Below are positions 41,623 to 54,444 of a DNA stretch of 64,000 nucleotides, one piece after another. The DNA lies in NCBI RefSeq assembly GCF_006345805.1, contig NC_043016.1, positions 7,564,001 through 7,628,000 on the forward strand, given 5' to 3'. A program made the translations under genes and the position numbers. The notes beneath the pieces were generated by a model that did no database searches, was not told the origin of the DNA, and worked only from the letters and a program-made list of their open reading frames with translations. How positions within the stretch are numbered: the first letter of the stretch is position 1; each line of letters opens with the position of its first letter. The stretch is from Octopus sinensis (taxonomy: Eukaryota).

Positions 41623-41707
41623 CTTTCGACATATGTTTCGAAGACAACATTGGTTTTATTCCAAAGGAATAAACGGTGTAAAATGCAATCTTCTCATCAG
41701 GAGGAAG
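41623..41707 (-). ncRNA. Type I hammerhead ribozyme motif with canonical core and long stem II
   Basis: Minus strand CTGATGA-GAAGA...(TTATTCC/GGAATAA hairpin)...TCTTC-GAAA-CATATGT-C: palindromic ACAUAUGU stem III, GUC site; stem I weak. Confidence 0.65.
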
Positions 41708-42595
41708 AGAACCTATCGAAAACATATGTCGAAAGTAAAAGAATTTGAATAGCATCTGCATTCAACTCCATTTATTTACTTTATAATATATATATATATA
41801 TATAATTCAACTTTGTCATTTATATCACACTAATTTGGCTTGAGAATTCTGTTGAGGTTATATAATTGAGTTAGACATTGAGTATTCTAGACTATTCGGT
41901 GAATATAACATGCTAGGCACTGAGTATTCTGGAAGATACTCAGTGCCTAACATGTTAAATTCATGAGTAGGAATTTAGTTGGTTCAGCAACTTATGATCA
42001 CAATAAAACCAGGTATTTTTTATATTTTATATTCTTACTACTCTTTCTCTCTCTCTCTCAACATAGACATATATGCATTTCGTGTTGATTTTTGGTACCA
42101 TAGAGATTAATATTTTATGTTGGATAAAGCAGAAAATTAGCAGAATCCTTATAACCCTTGATAAAATCCTTAGCAGCTTTTGTTCATCTTTACATGCTGA
42201 ATTCAAATTCCACTAAGGTCAACCTTGTCTTTTATCTCTTTCAGTGTTGATGAAATGAAATAGTACCAGTTAAGTTCTGGGATCGATCTAATCAGCCAAC
42301 TCCTCCCCCGAAATTGCTGGCCTTGTGCCAAAACTTGATAACAATATTTTATATTGTGTTTATAGATATATAATATATATATATTATATATATATATAAA
42401 TGGATGAATGAATTATCCTTTGTTTACCGTTAACATGGAAAATTCATAAACAGTTACCAGGGTAGCAAAATTCACGCAAGTAACACGGATGTAGTGATCT
42501 ATTCAAAGGTAGAAACTGCAGGTTAATGTGCAGTAATTTGTGTAGTTTAAGTAAATAAATGGAGTTGAACGCAGGTGTGTTATTCAATTCTTTTA

Positions 42596-42680
42596 CTTTC
42601 GACATATGTTTCGAAGACAACATTGGTTTTATTCCAAAGGAATAAACGGTGTAAAATGCAATCTTCTCATCAGGAGGAAG
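42596..42680 (-). ncRNA. Duplicate copy of the 41623-41707 hammerhead motif
   Basis: Same sequence within the 973-bp tandem duplication. Confidence 0.6.
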
Positions 42681-43329
42681 AGAACCTATCGAAAACATAT
42701 GTCGAAAGTAAAAGAATTTGAATAGCATCTGCATTCAACTCCATTTATTTACTTTATATATATATATATATATATATAATTCAACTTTGTCATTTATATC
42801 ACACTAATTTGGCTTGAGAATTCTGTTGAGGTTATATAATTGAGTTAGACATTGAGTATTCTAGACTATTCGGTGAATATAACATGCTAGGCACTGAGTA
42901 TTCTGGAAGAATACTCAGTGCCTAACATGTTAAATTCATGAGTAGGAATTTAGTTGGTTCAGCAACTTATGATCACAATAAAACCAGGTATTTTTTTATA
43001 TATTCTTACTACTCTTTCTCTCTCTCTCTCAACATAGACATATATGCATTTCGTGTTGATTTTTGGTACCATAGAGATTAATATTTTATGTTGGATAAAG
43101 CAGAAAATTAGCAGAATCCTTATAACCCTTGATAAAATCCTTAGCAGCATTTTGTTCATCTTTACATGCTGAATTCAAATTCCACTAAGGTCAACCTTGT
43201 CTTTTATCTCTTTCAGTGTTGATGAAATAAGTACCAGTTAAGTTCTGGGATCGATCTAATCAGCCAACTCCTCCCCCGAAATTGCTGGCCTTGTGCCAAA
43301 ACTTGATAACAATATTTTATATTGTGTTG

Positions 43330-43367
<38 letters not shown>

Positions 43368-43754
43368 CTGTTTGTGTGTCTGTGTTTGTCCCCCCCCCCC
43401 CTTGCTTGACAATCAATGCTGGTGTGTTATGTCCCCGTCACTTAGCAGTTTGGCAAAAGAGAATGATAGAATAAATACTGGCTTACAAAGAATAAAGTCC
43501 TGGGGCCGATTTGTTCAACGAAAGGCAGTGCTCCAGCATGGCCACAGTCAAATGACTGAAACAAATAAAAGAATATATAATTATGTAGTTCAGCCTCTCT
43601 GTCTAAATACTAATATATACACTCATATTTGTATATCTACAAACCAATGTATCAATGTTCTATATATCTATCTACACACCGATATATTTTCCTGTCTTAT
43701 ATTGATTCTGTGCTATTCAATGTTAATTAAATTCTTTTATTGCTGTTCTTTCAG

Positions 43755-43838
43755 ACAATCGGACCGTGGCGAGCTTGATTGAACAATATGATGCAGAGAA
43801 TAAAAAGTACACAGTCACCCACCAGGAAAAGAAACAAA
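43755..43838 (+). CDS. Internal coding exon (84 nt, phase 1-1) of an unidentified long-intron gene; peptide (D)NRTVASLIEQYDAENKKYTVTHQEKKQ
   Basis: Pyrimidine-rich acceptor ttcttttattgctgttctttcag, donor AAA|gtaaga, length divisible by 3, open frame, non-repetitive composition. Protein family not recognised. Confidence 0.75.
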
Positions 43839-43884
43839 GTAAGAATTTTATATATATATATATTCTTTTTTTTTTTTTACACTT

Positions 43885-44120
43885 TCTGTTTATTACACAA
43901 GATAACATCTGTTCTGTTCATTTTGTTGTGCAAGATAACATCTAGCCTGTTCACTTTGTGTTTATTGTACAAAGTAACGTCTGGCCTATTCATTTTTATG
44001 TTTATGGTACATGATCATAGCTAGTGTGTTCATTTTTGTACAAGATACCATCTGGTTCACTTTGTGTTTATTGTACAAGATGACCTTTAGTGTGTTCACC
44101 TCGTGTTTATTGCACAACAT
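43885..44120. repeat. Degenerate ~38-40-bp tandem repeat just downstream of the 43755 exon
   Basis: Recurrent ttattgtacaagat..catct..gttcactttgtgt, about 6 units. Confidence 0.7.
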
Positions 44121-44673
44121 TTGAGCTGTTGGTGCTTTTTACGTGCCACCTGGCACCTGTGCAGGTGGCATGTAAAAAGCACCCACTACACTCACGGAGT
44201 GGTTGGCGTTAGGAAGGGCTTCCAGCTGTAGAAACACTGCCAGATCAGACTGGAGCCTGGTGCAGCCTTCTGGCTCCCAGATCCCCGGTCGAACTGTCCA
44301 ACTCATGCTAGCATGGAGAACCGACGTTAAACGATGATGATGATGAACAATGGTACTACTGCATCAATCAAATCAGTTGTGGGCAAGCTACAGGCTATGT
44401 AACTTTCTAAGTAGCATGCCTAATATAAAATTACCTCAGTTTTTTTGCAGAGCAGCTCACCTGATGAGCCATGTCTGGTGTTGTCTACATCTTGAAAAAG
44501 TTACCGCTGCTGAGTTAAGCATTTGATGTTTAGTCACTTGGTGTAGGCTAGTGGTGGTGCACCTATAGCATACATATCCACAGTGACAAACTGTAGACTT
44601 TTAGGTGATACATGATAAACTTTGGGAAGAAAAATTATCTCCGATGTATCATGTTGTAACAAAAATATATTTA

Positions 44674-44955
44674 CAAATATTGTTGTATTTAGGAATGGTA
44701 ATTTTGCCAGTTTAGCCAATAAAAATACATGCACTGTATATTTGGTGTTACTTTGCTTCAGCGTTATTTATTTTTTTACATTAATCTTACAAAGGACCAC
44801 TGATGCGGTCACAGGAGTGTGACGAAAGAACTCAGGCCGAAATAAGATTAATGTAAAAAATAAATAACGCTGAAGCAAAGTAACACCAAATATATAGTGC
44901 GTGTGTTTTTATTGGCTAAACTGGCAATATGACCATTCCGAAATATAATAATATC
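44674..44955. repeat. Long fold-back inverted repeat (~110-bp arms) with an HHR-like loop
   Basis: Arms ...gccagtttagccaat...cattaatctta and taagattaatg...attggctaaactggc; loop contains CTGATGC-GGTC...GGCC-GAAA. Confidence 0.8.
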
Positions 44956-45879
44956 TGTTTCAACACACGATTTCACATCAAAAATCTTGCAAAACAAATA
45001 TATATTTACAAACATTTACCTAAAACTAAAGCACTTGTATTCACACAAGTAACATCCCAAAAGAACAAAATAAAGAAAGAAATTGACAATTCAACATGCC
45101 ATGGTAAAATGGTTTATCATCACTGTTCTTGTAGATACGACATGAAAATGGTAAATATAAGACTGAAGTTGTTGTGTACCTAGCTTTAGTTTCATGGTAA
45201 TAAGAAAATGATAGATATATGGTATCTTAATAGGAACTGGTTGACTACTATCACAAGTATTATTGCTCATATGGTTTTGATTTTTTTTTTTCCCCTTTAC
45301 AGTTTTGATAAACTGAGGTAGTGCAAAATCAGAATTAGTTGTCGTGTCTTAAGTAAATAAAAACAATAAAATGCTTTCAGTGAATTTCATCTCAATCAAT
45401 GAAGCAACAGTATAATGCTTAATCTGTTTCTTTCATTTCAACATCAATAACCACTAGATCCAAGCAGTGTGCCACCTTGCACATTCCCCCACTTTAATTG
45501 TAGCAATTGTGACTGTGGCAACGCATATATACATGAGGGGTTTTTTTTCTTGTTTTTTTTTTTGTTTTTTTTTGTTTTCGTTTTTTTTTCACTCCCTTCA
45601 GCTTTTTTAGGTGTTTCGCTTCCTGTTTTTTTCACACTCATGCGAGAAAAAGAACTATTGTTTGCATCAGTCTGCCTCATTGCCAATAATTTCTGCTTCT
45701 GATACACAGTTGAGTGATTAACTGTACAAAGAGCACTCAGCTGCAAAATCCATAAACCACAACAAAAGAAATGGGAAAGAGAGAAAAACTATTCCACCCA
45801 TATAAATATGAAAACCTGGACATATTATTAATACAGCAAGAAGAAAAACAAAAATGAGCAGTCATTTTCATTCCACCTC

Positions 45880-46380
45880 TCTCTCTCTCTCTCTCTCTCT
45901 CTCCTTCTATCTCCCCTCCTCCTCTCTCTCCCTTCCTCATCTCTCTCCCTTCCTCATCTCTCTCCCATCCTCCTCTTCTCTCCCATCCTCCTCCTCTCTC
46001 CCATCCTCCTCCTCTCTCCCTCATCTCCTCTCTCCCATCCTCCTCCTCTCTCCCATCCTCCTCCTCTCTCCCATCCTCCTCTCTCCCATCCTCCTCTTCT
46101 CTCCCATCCTCCTCCTCTCTCCCATCCTCCTCCTCTCTCCCATCCTCCTCTTCTCTCCCATCCTCCTCTTCTCTCCCATCCTCCTCTTCTCTCCCATCCT
46201 CCTCTTCTCTCCCATCCTCCTCTTCTCTCCCATCCTCCTCTTCTCTCCCCTCCTCCTCCTCTCTCCCATCCTCCTCTTCTCTCCCCTCCTCCTCCTCTCT
46301 CCCATCCTCCTCTTTTCTCCCATCCTCCTCTTTTCTCCCATCCTCCTCTTCTCCCATCCTCCTCTCCCCTCCCCTCCTCT
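45880..46380. repeat. Polypyrimidine minisatellite, ~18-bp unit cccatcctcctcttctct
   Basis: Direct reading; roughly 20 copies. Confidence 0.95.
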
Positions 46381-46522
46381 TCTCTTTTTCAGTTGTTCTT
46401 TCTCATACATACTCAGACACACACATGCACATATTCTTGTTCACATGCACCTTCACTCACACAGTCATACATATATTTGCACAAGCATACCCACTCATTC
46501 TTTAGCTCTGATTCACTCTCTT

Positions 46523-46578
<56 letters not shown>

Positions 46579-46759
46579 CTTAAATCGATTGATCAATTGA
46601 TCACACATTCTTGCAGTGACTTCCACATTTCCATGCACACACAGACAGTAAAGAGACACACACACATGTAATCAAATGAAGTAATTAAAACCAGACTAAT
46701 TTCTTATTTATTCTCTCACCATATATTAATTATATTATGAAGCAGTTATGAGGCGGGGG

Positions 46760-47260
46760 GAATATAAAAGACAAGAAGTTGGTTCTTAGATTTGTCGACC
46801 TTGAGAAAGCTTTTAATAGGGTTCCACATGGGGTGGTAAAAAGGACATTTGGTTGAGTAGGAATGGAAGTATAGTTGGCTAGGTTAGTGGCGGTGATGTA
46901 TGAGAGAGGGTGCATACAATTGTTAAGGATTAGAATAGTTGACTTTGAAATAAAGGTTGGATCTGAACAAGAGTCAATATAAAGACCACTACTATTTGTA
47001 GTTGTAATGGTGGTGGAAACATAAAAGAGGTTTTCTGTACACAGATGGTCTTGTTTTAATAGCAGATACTATGAAGTGAAGGAAGAGGCTGGAAATAGGT
47101 GAAAGGATTCAGAAGTGAATGACTTGAATGTGAATATTAAAGACAAAGGTGTATATATGGCAAGGATTAAAATATATGGTAGGGTGCAGAAGAACAGAAG
47201 TGGCCATGTGCAGTGTGCAGTGGAGATGTGCTGGAGTAAATTCCATTAAATGTACATTAT
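46760..47260 (+). pseudogene. Decayed LINE reverse-transcriptase fragment (RTE-like)
   Basis: FVDLEKAFNRVP motif at 46791, then PLLFVVVM and WPCAVC.....NSIKC; in-frame stops. Confidence 0.75.
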
Positions 47261-48041
47261 TCTTTGGGTAGGTTCAACACAAATTCATCATCAAACAGTC
47301 CAACGATGGCTTAAATTGGCTGAAATTTTGAAGTCACTGTTAATAAATATTTGTTTTCACACAAAAGTGGTAAATAAACAATGTAACTTGTGTGGTGGTG
47401 TCCATTTTCAACCGTCACAACTTCAAGGCAAGGTTACACTCACACACACACATCAAATGGGTTTGTTTCAGTTTCAATCTATTCTGCCACCAAATCCACT
47501 CAGATCTTTGATTAGCTCATTGACATAGCAGGAAACACTTGCTCAAGGTACCATCCTGTGAGATTGAACCCAAAACTATGTAATTCTGAAACAAACTTCT
47601 TAACCACACACACACACACACACACAAAGGGGGGAAAAACAGAATCCTTGAGATATTTGTTCTGCACCAAGTTGCAGATACTCCCTTGTTGCTGTCGCCA
47701 ACAGAAATGTAGCAAGCGATTGGCTTGTTGTAACCAATGAAGATGATGTTTGCCAATATAGATATAAGATGAATAAAGTGTCAGGTTTATTATCTGGCAC
47801 TAAAGTAACTTTTCTAAACTGACTAAGACAGAGAGGAAGAGAGATAGTAATGGAGCAGGAAGTGATGGTTGTTTATGACAGATTAATAATTCTTTGTTTT
47901 TTATATATATATAGGCGTAGAAGTGGCTGTGTGGTAAGTAGCTTGCTTATGAACCACATGGTTCCAGGTTCAGTCCCACTGCATGGCACCTTGGGCAAAG
48001 CCTTGAGTGGATTTGGTAGATGGAAACTGAAAGAAGCCCAT

Positions 48042-48076
<35 letters not shown>

Positions 48077-48529
48077 GTGTGTATATGTTTGTGTGTCTGT
48101 GTTTGTCCCCCCCAACGTCGCTTGACAACCAATGATGGTGTGTTTACGACCCCGTAACTTAGCTGTTCGGCAAAAGAGACCGATAGAATTAGTACTAGGC
48201 TTACAAAGAATAAGTCCTCGGGTTGACTTGCTCGACTAAAGGCGGTGCTCCAGTATGGTCGCAGCCAAACGACTGAAACAAATAAAAGAGTAAAAGAGTT
48301 TATATATATATATATATATACATATATATTAGATATTTCTTTCAACTGATATATTTGTTTTCTTCTAGCTCACAACTAAAGGTTGTTATCGTATCTAAAT
48401 ATTGTCTTCAGTGACTCCAGTTTGAACTTAGGTAGCAGTATTACTATGTTTTCTCAGACCAATCAGGAGTTAGAGTGAAAAAAAGTAAAACAAAAATTAC
48501 ATATTTTATATAAGCTTGTAGTAACTATG

Positions 48530-48573
<44 letters not shown>

Positions 48574-49141
48574 AAATACTTGATATAACATTATTATTAT
48601 ATAACTTCGAAGTTTCAGGGGGTTTTTTTTTTTTTTTTTTTTCTTTTTTTTTTTTTTGGGAAAAAATGTTTTCATTATGAAGATTCTAAATACTTTAGTA
48701 GTAGCAGCAGCAGTAGCAGTAGTAGTACTAATAAATAGTAATATAGTAATCAAACTATTTTTGTGTAGTTTCTTAACATAAGTATTTCCTTATTCCTTTA
48801 GTGTTTACCCCCCCCCCGTTTCTTTTCTCATCTCTCTCATTCTATCTTTGCTTCATCTTTTCTATGTCTTCGTCTTTTTTTCACTTAGGTTTCTTTTTCT
48901 TCTACTTAATTCATGTCATTTTCTTTTCATATCTATATACATTATCTGTGTTATACTGTTTTTCTTTTTTTTTTTTTCATATTTTCTATTTTTTTTTTTT
49001 TTACCTTTGTCTATTCTTCTTCAGTTTTTAAGAAAGCTAACTTAACGATGATAGTGGTGATGATTGCAAGTACATGTGTGTGTGTGTGTGTATTTATATA
49101 AAGGCAAAAGATGCATTGTGTATATTTGCTTATTTTTACAT

Positions 49142-49172
<31 letters not shown>

Positions 49173-49454
49173 CATGCATGGGATGGTGTGAATACACGTG
49201 TCCATATGTGGTGATATGAGTACATATGATGGCATGGTAGTGTGTAGTTGTTTGTGCGTGTGGTGCATGGCTGTATGCATGCATGCAATCTGAGGATGTC
49301 TGTGTATTTGTTCTATGTGTGTGTGTATGTATGTATATGATGGTATGTGATACTCTCTGTAAGTTGAGGTATATATATATATATATGCATGTTTGTGTAT
49401 ATACATAAACATATTTATACAGACATAGATACTCATTTACATTGAAGAATGTAG

Positions 49455-49747
49455 AGATAGATAGTGCTGGTGTAGACAGATAGCTAGATGGATAGACAGA
49501 TAGCTAGATGGATAGACAGATAGCTAGATGGATAGACAGATAGCTAGATGGATAGACAGATAGCTAGATGTATAGACAGATAGATAGACAGATGGACAGG
49601 TAGATGAATAGATAGATAAATGGATAGATAGATAAATGGATAGATAGATGGACAGATAGATAGATGGACAGATAGATAGATAGATAGAAAGATGGACAGA
49701 TGAATAGATAGATGGATGGATAGATGGACAGATAGATAGATAGATAG
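49455..49747. repeat. (GATA)/(GACA)/(GATG) compound satellite
   Basis: Direct reading; includes a 20-bp higher-order unit gacagatagctagatggata. Confidence 0.95.
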
Positions 49748-49782
49748 TGCTCCATCTGTGTGCATATATAATGCTCTCTCTA

Positions 49783-49815
<33 letters not shown>

Positions 49816-52622
49816 CTTTTGTACCTTGTCACAACACACCTGTTAACAAATCCTGTTCAATACAAATCTTTGATCCCATTCTACCTCTTCCTTACATTAA
49901 CACTTTGAACTTGAGGAAAAATTTCACATATTTTAATTACATTTGCTGTTGATCTGTCTAGTTGTTTGTTTTCTTGTCTTTCTGCAGAAACCTGTGTGTG
50001 TGTGTGTGCATACACATGTATGTGCTGGAATGTAAACTACATATTTTTTTGGATGTAGCTAGCAATTCTTTGTTATTGTTTTTCATTACTTTTTGTAAAA
50101 ATTCTGACATTAGTTTGCGTTTTTTTATCAACTAAAAGCAATTTGTTTCTTAATAATAAGTTCCTCCTTTATTTTTATGTCATCAACCTTAGACTTGGTT
50201 AAAAGAGAAAGAATCATCATCATCATCGTTTAACATCCGTTTTCCATGCTAGCATGGGTTGAACGGTTCGACCGGGATCTGGGAAGCCAGGAAGCTGCAC
50301 CAGGCTCCAGTCTGATCTGGCAATGTTTCTACAGCTGGATGCCCTTCCTAATGACAACCACTCCGTGAGTGTAGTGGGTGCCAGGGGAGGCTGGCAATGG
50401 CCACGATCGGTTGGTGCTTTTTACGTGCCACCAGCACAGAAGCCAGTCAAGGCAGTGCTGGCATCAACCACATACAGATGGTGCTTTTTACGTGCCACCA
50501 GCATAGGTGCCAGGGTAGGCTGGCAATGGCCACGATCAGTTGGTGCTTTTTACGTGCCACTGGCATGGAAGCCAGTCAAGGCGGCGCTGGCATCAGCCAT
50601 GTACAGATGGTGCTTTTTAGGTGCCAATCATGTGAAATTGGTTGAATGATATTTTGGCACCAAGCGTGCCTTCCACAGGTTCAAAATATTATTAGTATTA
50701 TTAAGAAGGCAGCAAGCTGGGCAAAATGTTTTGTGATATTTCACCCGTCTTTACTTTCTGAGTTCAAATTCCGCCAAGGTTTTACCTTTCATCCTTTTGA
50801 AGTCATTAAAATAAGTACCAGCTGAACACTGGGGCTGATTTAATTTACTAGTTCCCTCCCACCAAATTTCAGGCTTTGTGCCTAAAGCTGAAAAGATGAT
50901 TATTATTAAGGTTGCAAGCCAACAATTGTTAGCACATTGAGAAAAATGGTAAGCAGCATTTCATCTATTTGAATTCAAATTCCACTGAGGTCAATGTAAT
51001 TGAATTAGCCCCACCCCTGAAATTACTGGCCTTGTGCCAAAATTAGAAACCATTATTATTTATAGTGTGCATGAATGTTTTACACTGAGAATCATGTCCT
51101 TAATACCAAATCACAACCAGTTTCCTTAGATATCAAGAATCTTATAGTCCTTGTTGGTCCCAATACAGCAGACTTCTGAATTAATATTTATCTCATAGTT
51201 ACACCAATCTCAATAAGGGTGTTTGTTAATTCTATTGGTGACTGTGACTAAGGTACCTATAACAACTAGGGTTACTTTTGTAGAAACCCTTGTGTTATTA
51301 TTAAGACGGCCAGCTGGCAGAATCGTTACCACACCAGGCTAAATGCTTTGTGACATTTCGTCCGTCTTTACATTCTGAGTCCAAATTCCACCAAGGTGAC
51401 TTTGCCTTTCATCCTTTTGGGGTTGATAAATTAAGCACCAGCCAAGCACTGGGACAATGTGATTGACTATCCCCCTTTCCTCAAATTCCAGGCCTTGTGT
51501 CTATAGTAGAAAGGATTATTATTATTATCATTATTATTAAGGTGATGAGCTGACAGAACAGTTACACACTCAACAAAATGCATAGTAGCATTTCATTTGT
51601 CTCTATGATCTGAGTTCAAATTCTACTGAAGTCAACTTTGTCTTTCATTATTCTGGGTCTGTTAATATTACTGGGGGTTGATTGTATCAATTGCCTCAAT
51701 CCCATAAACTATTATTATTAGTCACTTTAACCCTGAGCCTATCAAACCCTTGCTAGTGGATTTGGTTGATGGAAAATGAAAGATTACATGTATATATATA
51801 TATATATATATAACTATATATCTGTTTGTGTTTGTTCACCACCACTGCTTAAAGCCCCTACTGATCTGTTTATGCCCCCCATAAGGTAGCAGGTAGCAGG
51901 CTTAGGGGGGAGAAAAATGAATACTGGGATTGTTTTTTTTTACTGAAAAAATATGGAAAACCCTTCAATGTATAGCTGCATTATGATTGAAAAACAAGTA
52001 AAAGATATATATATATATATGTGTGTGTGTGGTAAGTAGCTTCCTAACCAACCACATGGTTCCTGGTTCAGTCCCACTGCGTGGCATCTTGGGCAAGTGT
52101 CTTCTGCTATAGCCCCGGGCCGACCAATGCCTTGTGAGTGGATTTGGTAGACGGAAACTGAAAGAAGCCTGTCGTATATATGTGTATATATATACATGTA
52201 TGTGTGTGTATGTCTTTGTGTGTCTGTGTTTGTACCCCAGCATTGCTTGACAACCGATGCTGGTGTGTTTACGTCCCCGTTACTTAGCGGTTCGGCAAAA
52301 GAGACCAATAGAATAAGTACTGGGCTTACAAAGAATAAGTCCCAGGGTCGATTTGCTCAACTAAAAGGCGGTACTCCAGCATGGCCGCAGTCAAATGACT
52401 GAAACAAGTAAAAGAGTAAAATATATATATATATATATATAGGCACAGGCTTTCCCAACCACATGTTCTGGGTTCAGTCATATCACGTGGCACCTTGGGT
52501 AAGTATCTTCTACTATAGCTTCATTCCGATCAAAGTCTTAGGAGTGAATTTGGTTGAGAGAAACTGAAAGAAGCCTGTTAATATATATATATATATATTA
52601 TATATATATATATATATATATC

Positions 52623-52654
<32 letters not shown>

Positions 52655-52892
52655 TACGTATGTATTGTGGTCTGTGTTTATCCTGCTGATTTTACTTGGC
52701 AACCAATGCTGGTGTATTTGGCCCCATAACTTAACAGTTCAACAAAACAGACTGATAGAATGAGTACTAAGTTTTGGGGTCAATTTCTTGACTAAAAACC
52801 ATTTAAGGCAATGCCCTGTATGGCTACAGTCAAATGACAAATAAGTAAAAGAATATATATATATATGTATATATATATATATGTATATAATA

Positions 52893-52945
<53 letters not shown>

Positions 52946-52951
52946 TTCATT

Positions 52952-53009
52952 TCAACAAAAACTGTCCAACGAACGGGACATGAAACTCAGAGGTAACAGG
53001 TTTTGTTGA
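52952..53009 (+). ncRNA. Type I hammerhead-like motif with 14-bp stem I, CpG-decayed core
   Basis: TCAACAAAAACTGT-CCAACGA-ACG(GGA)CAT-GAAA-CTCAGAG-GTA-ACAGGTTTTGTTGA; stem I pairs 13/14. Sits in a ~160-bp element flanked by (TA)n. Confidence 0.5.
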
Positions 53010-53128
53010 ATTTCTGCTGCTTTGAAATAAAACATATTACTCTACCACTGGTATTTGAGTACTCTTTTTTCCACCTTGTTTCACATTTATGTGTTTACTC
53101 CGTTATATATATATATATTATATATATA

Positions 53129-53500
53129 TCTATATAAACGGCAGTTTGTCTGTGGTGTTTCTGTGTGTCTGTTAGGTTGTACCCTCACCCTGACCACGGC
53201 TTTCAACCGATTCTGATGAAACTTGACACACACATAGCCCAATGTCATAATTCAAAAACTAACGCAGCGAAAATTTTGAAAAGTTCCCCCCAGTTCTGAA
53301 AAAAATCGATAAATTCGACATGGGGTCGAGAATCAGAAACACAAACCGCAAACTGTCTAGGGGACGCAACTCCACCTTTTTAACTAAAAAAAATTTACCA
53401 ATTTTTTTCCATTTTTTTGCTATTTTTTGGCTATAACTCTCTAAAAATGCTTTATAGTTATTCCCTTACAAACCTGAGCAACGCCAGGCAATACTGCTAG
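53129..53500 (+). mobile_element. Non-autonomous Helitron-like element
   Basis: 5' TCtatataaacggc, 3' cctgagcaacgccagg hairpin then ...gCTAG, A|T target. Confidence 0.7.
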
Positions 53501-54214
53501 TATATATATATAAGCATGACTGTGTTGTAATAAGCTTGCTTGCCAACTACATGATTCCAGGTTCATTCCCTTGTGTGGCACCTTGGTCAAGTGTCTTCCA
53601 CTATAACCTCGAGTCAACCAAAGCCTTGTGAGTGGATATAGTAGATAGAAACTGAAAGAAGCCCATTGTATATGTATATATATATATGTGTGCGTGTGTG
53701 TGTGTTTGTTTGTGCTTGTATTTGTCCTCCACCATTGATTGACAACTGGTGTGTTTACATCCTAGTAACTTAGTAGTTTGACAAAAGATAAAATAAGTAC
53801 CAAGCTTTAAAAAGAAAAACATAAGTACTGGTTTTGATTCAGTGTAATGACTGAAACAAGTAAAAGTAATGTATGTAGAAACACTGGACACCCGTTGGAA
53901 TGAATGGTACTAGGTGTTGAAGCTATGATGATAGATATGTCCATCTAGATTTTAAAAAGTCGCCATGATAGATCGTTAACCACTACACACATTTTTTTCT
54001 CTCCTTGTTTTTTCTATGTCCCTTTCTGTAGAAGAGCATAGGCTCAAAAAGTAAATGACTTTTTCTGTTCCTGAGCGTTATACTAATACATCTGTTTGTT
54101 TTGTACACCGCCTGTCTTCGTCTTTTGTTTTTTTCATAAACTCTCCCTATATATAATACATTCAACATTCGATAACCACTACACATTTTTTCTCTCCTTG
54201 TTTTTTCTGTGTTC

Positions 54215-54250
54215 CTTTCTGTAGAAGAGCATAGGCTCGAAACGTAAAAG
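54215..54250 (+). ncRNA. Minimal type I hammerhead ribozyme motif, variant core (A6 to U, extra A after A9)
   Basis: CTTT-CTGTAGA-A-GAGC(ATAG)GCTC-GAAAC-GTA-AAAG: stem I CTTT/AAAG, stem II GAGC/GCTC, palindromic ACGU stem III, GUA site. Confidence 0.6.
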
Positions 54251-54408
54251 ACTTTTTCTGTTCCTGAGCGTTATACTAATACATCTGTTTGTTTTGTACA
54301 CTGCCTGTCTTCGTCTTTTGTTTTTTTCATAAACTCTCCCTATATATAATACATTCAACATTCGATAACCACTACACATTTTTTTCTCTCCTTGTTTTTT
54401 CTGTGTCC

Positions 54409-54444
54409 CTTTCTGTAGAAGAGCATAGGCTCGAAACGTAAAAG
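54409..54444 (+). ncRNA. Minimal type I hammerhead ribozyme motif, third monomer
   Basis: Identical motif to 54215-54250. The first-monomer copy (54022-54057) is degenerate (GAAAC to AAAAA). Confidence 0.6.

Larger units (their letters stand above)
41400..43330. repeat. Tandem duplication, unit ~973 bp
   Basis: Second copy begins ~42395; the differences I noticed are mostly 1-2 nt indels. Confidence 0.9.

Noticed and set aside
44461-44490. CTGATGA-GCC...GGT as a hammerhead (also CTGATGA at 39316 and 53216)
   Set aside because: There is no GAAA after stem II and no stem I or III; the 53216 case is a Helitron internal motif.
45737-46600. 206-aa REEEDG-repeat ORF and its antisense ORFs
   Set aside because: 18-bp minisatellite; no splice or domain support.
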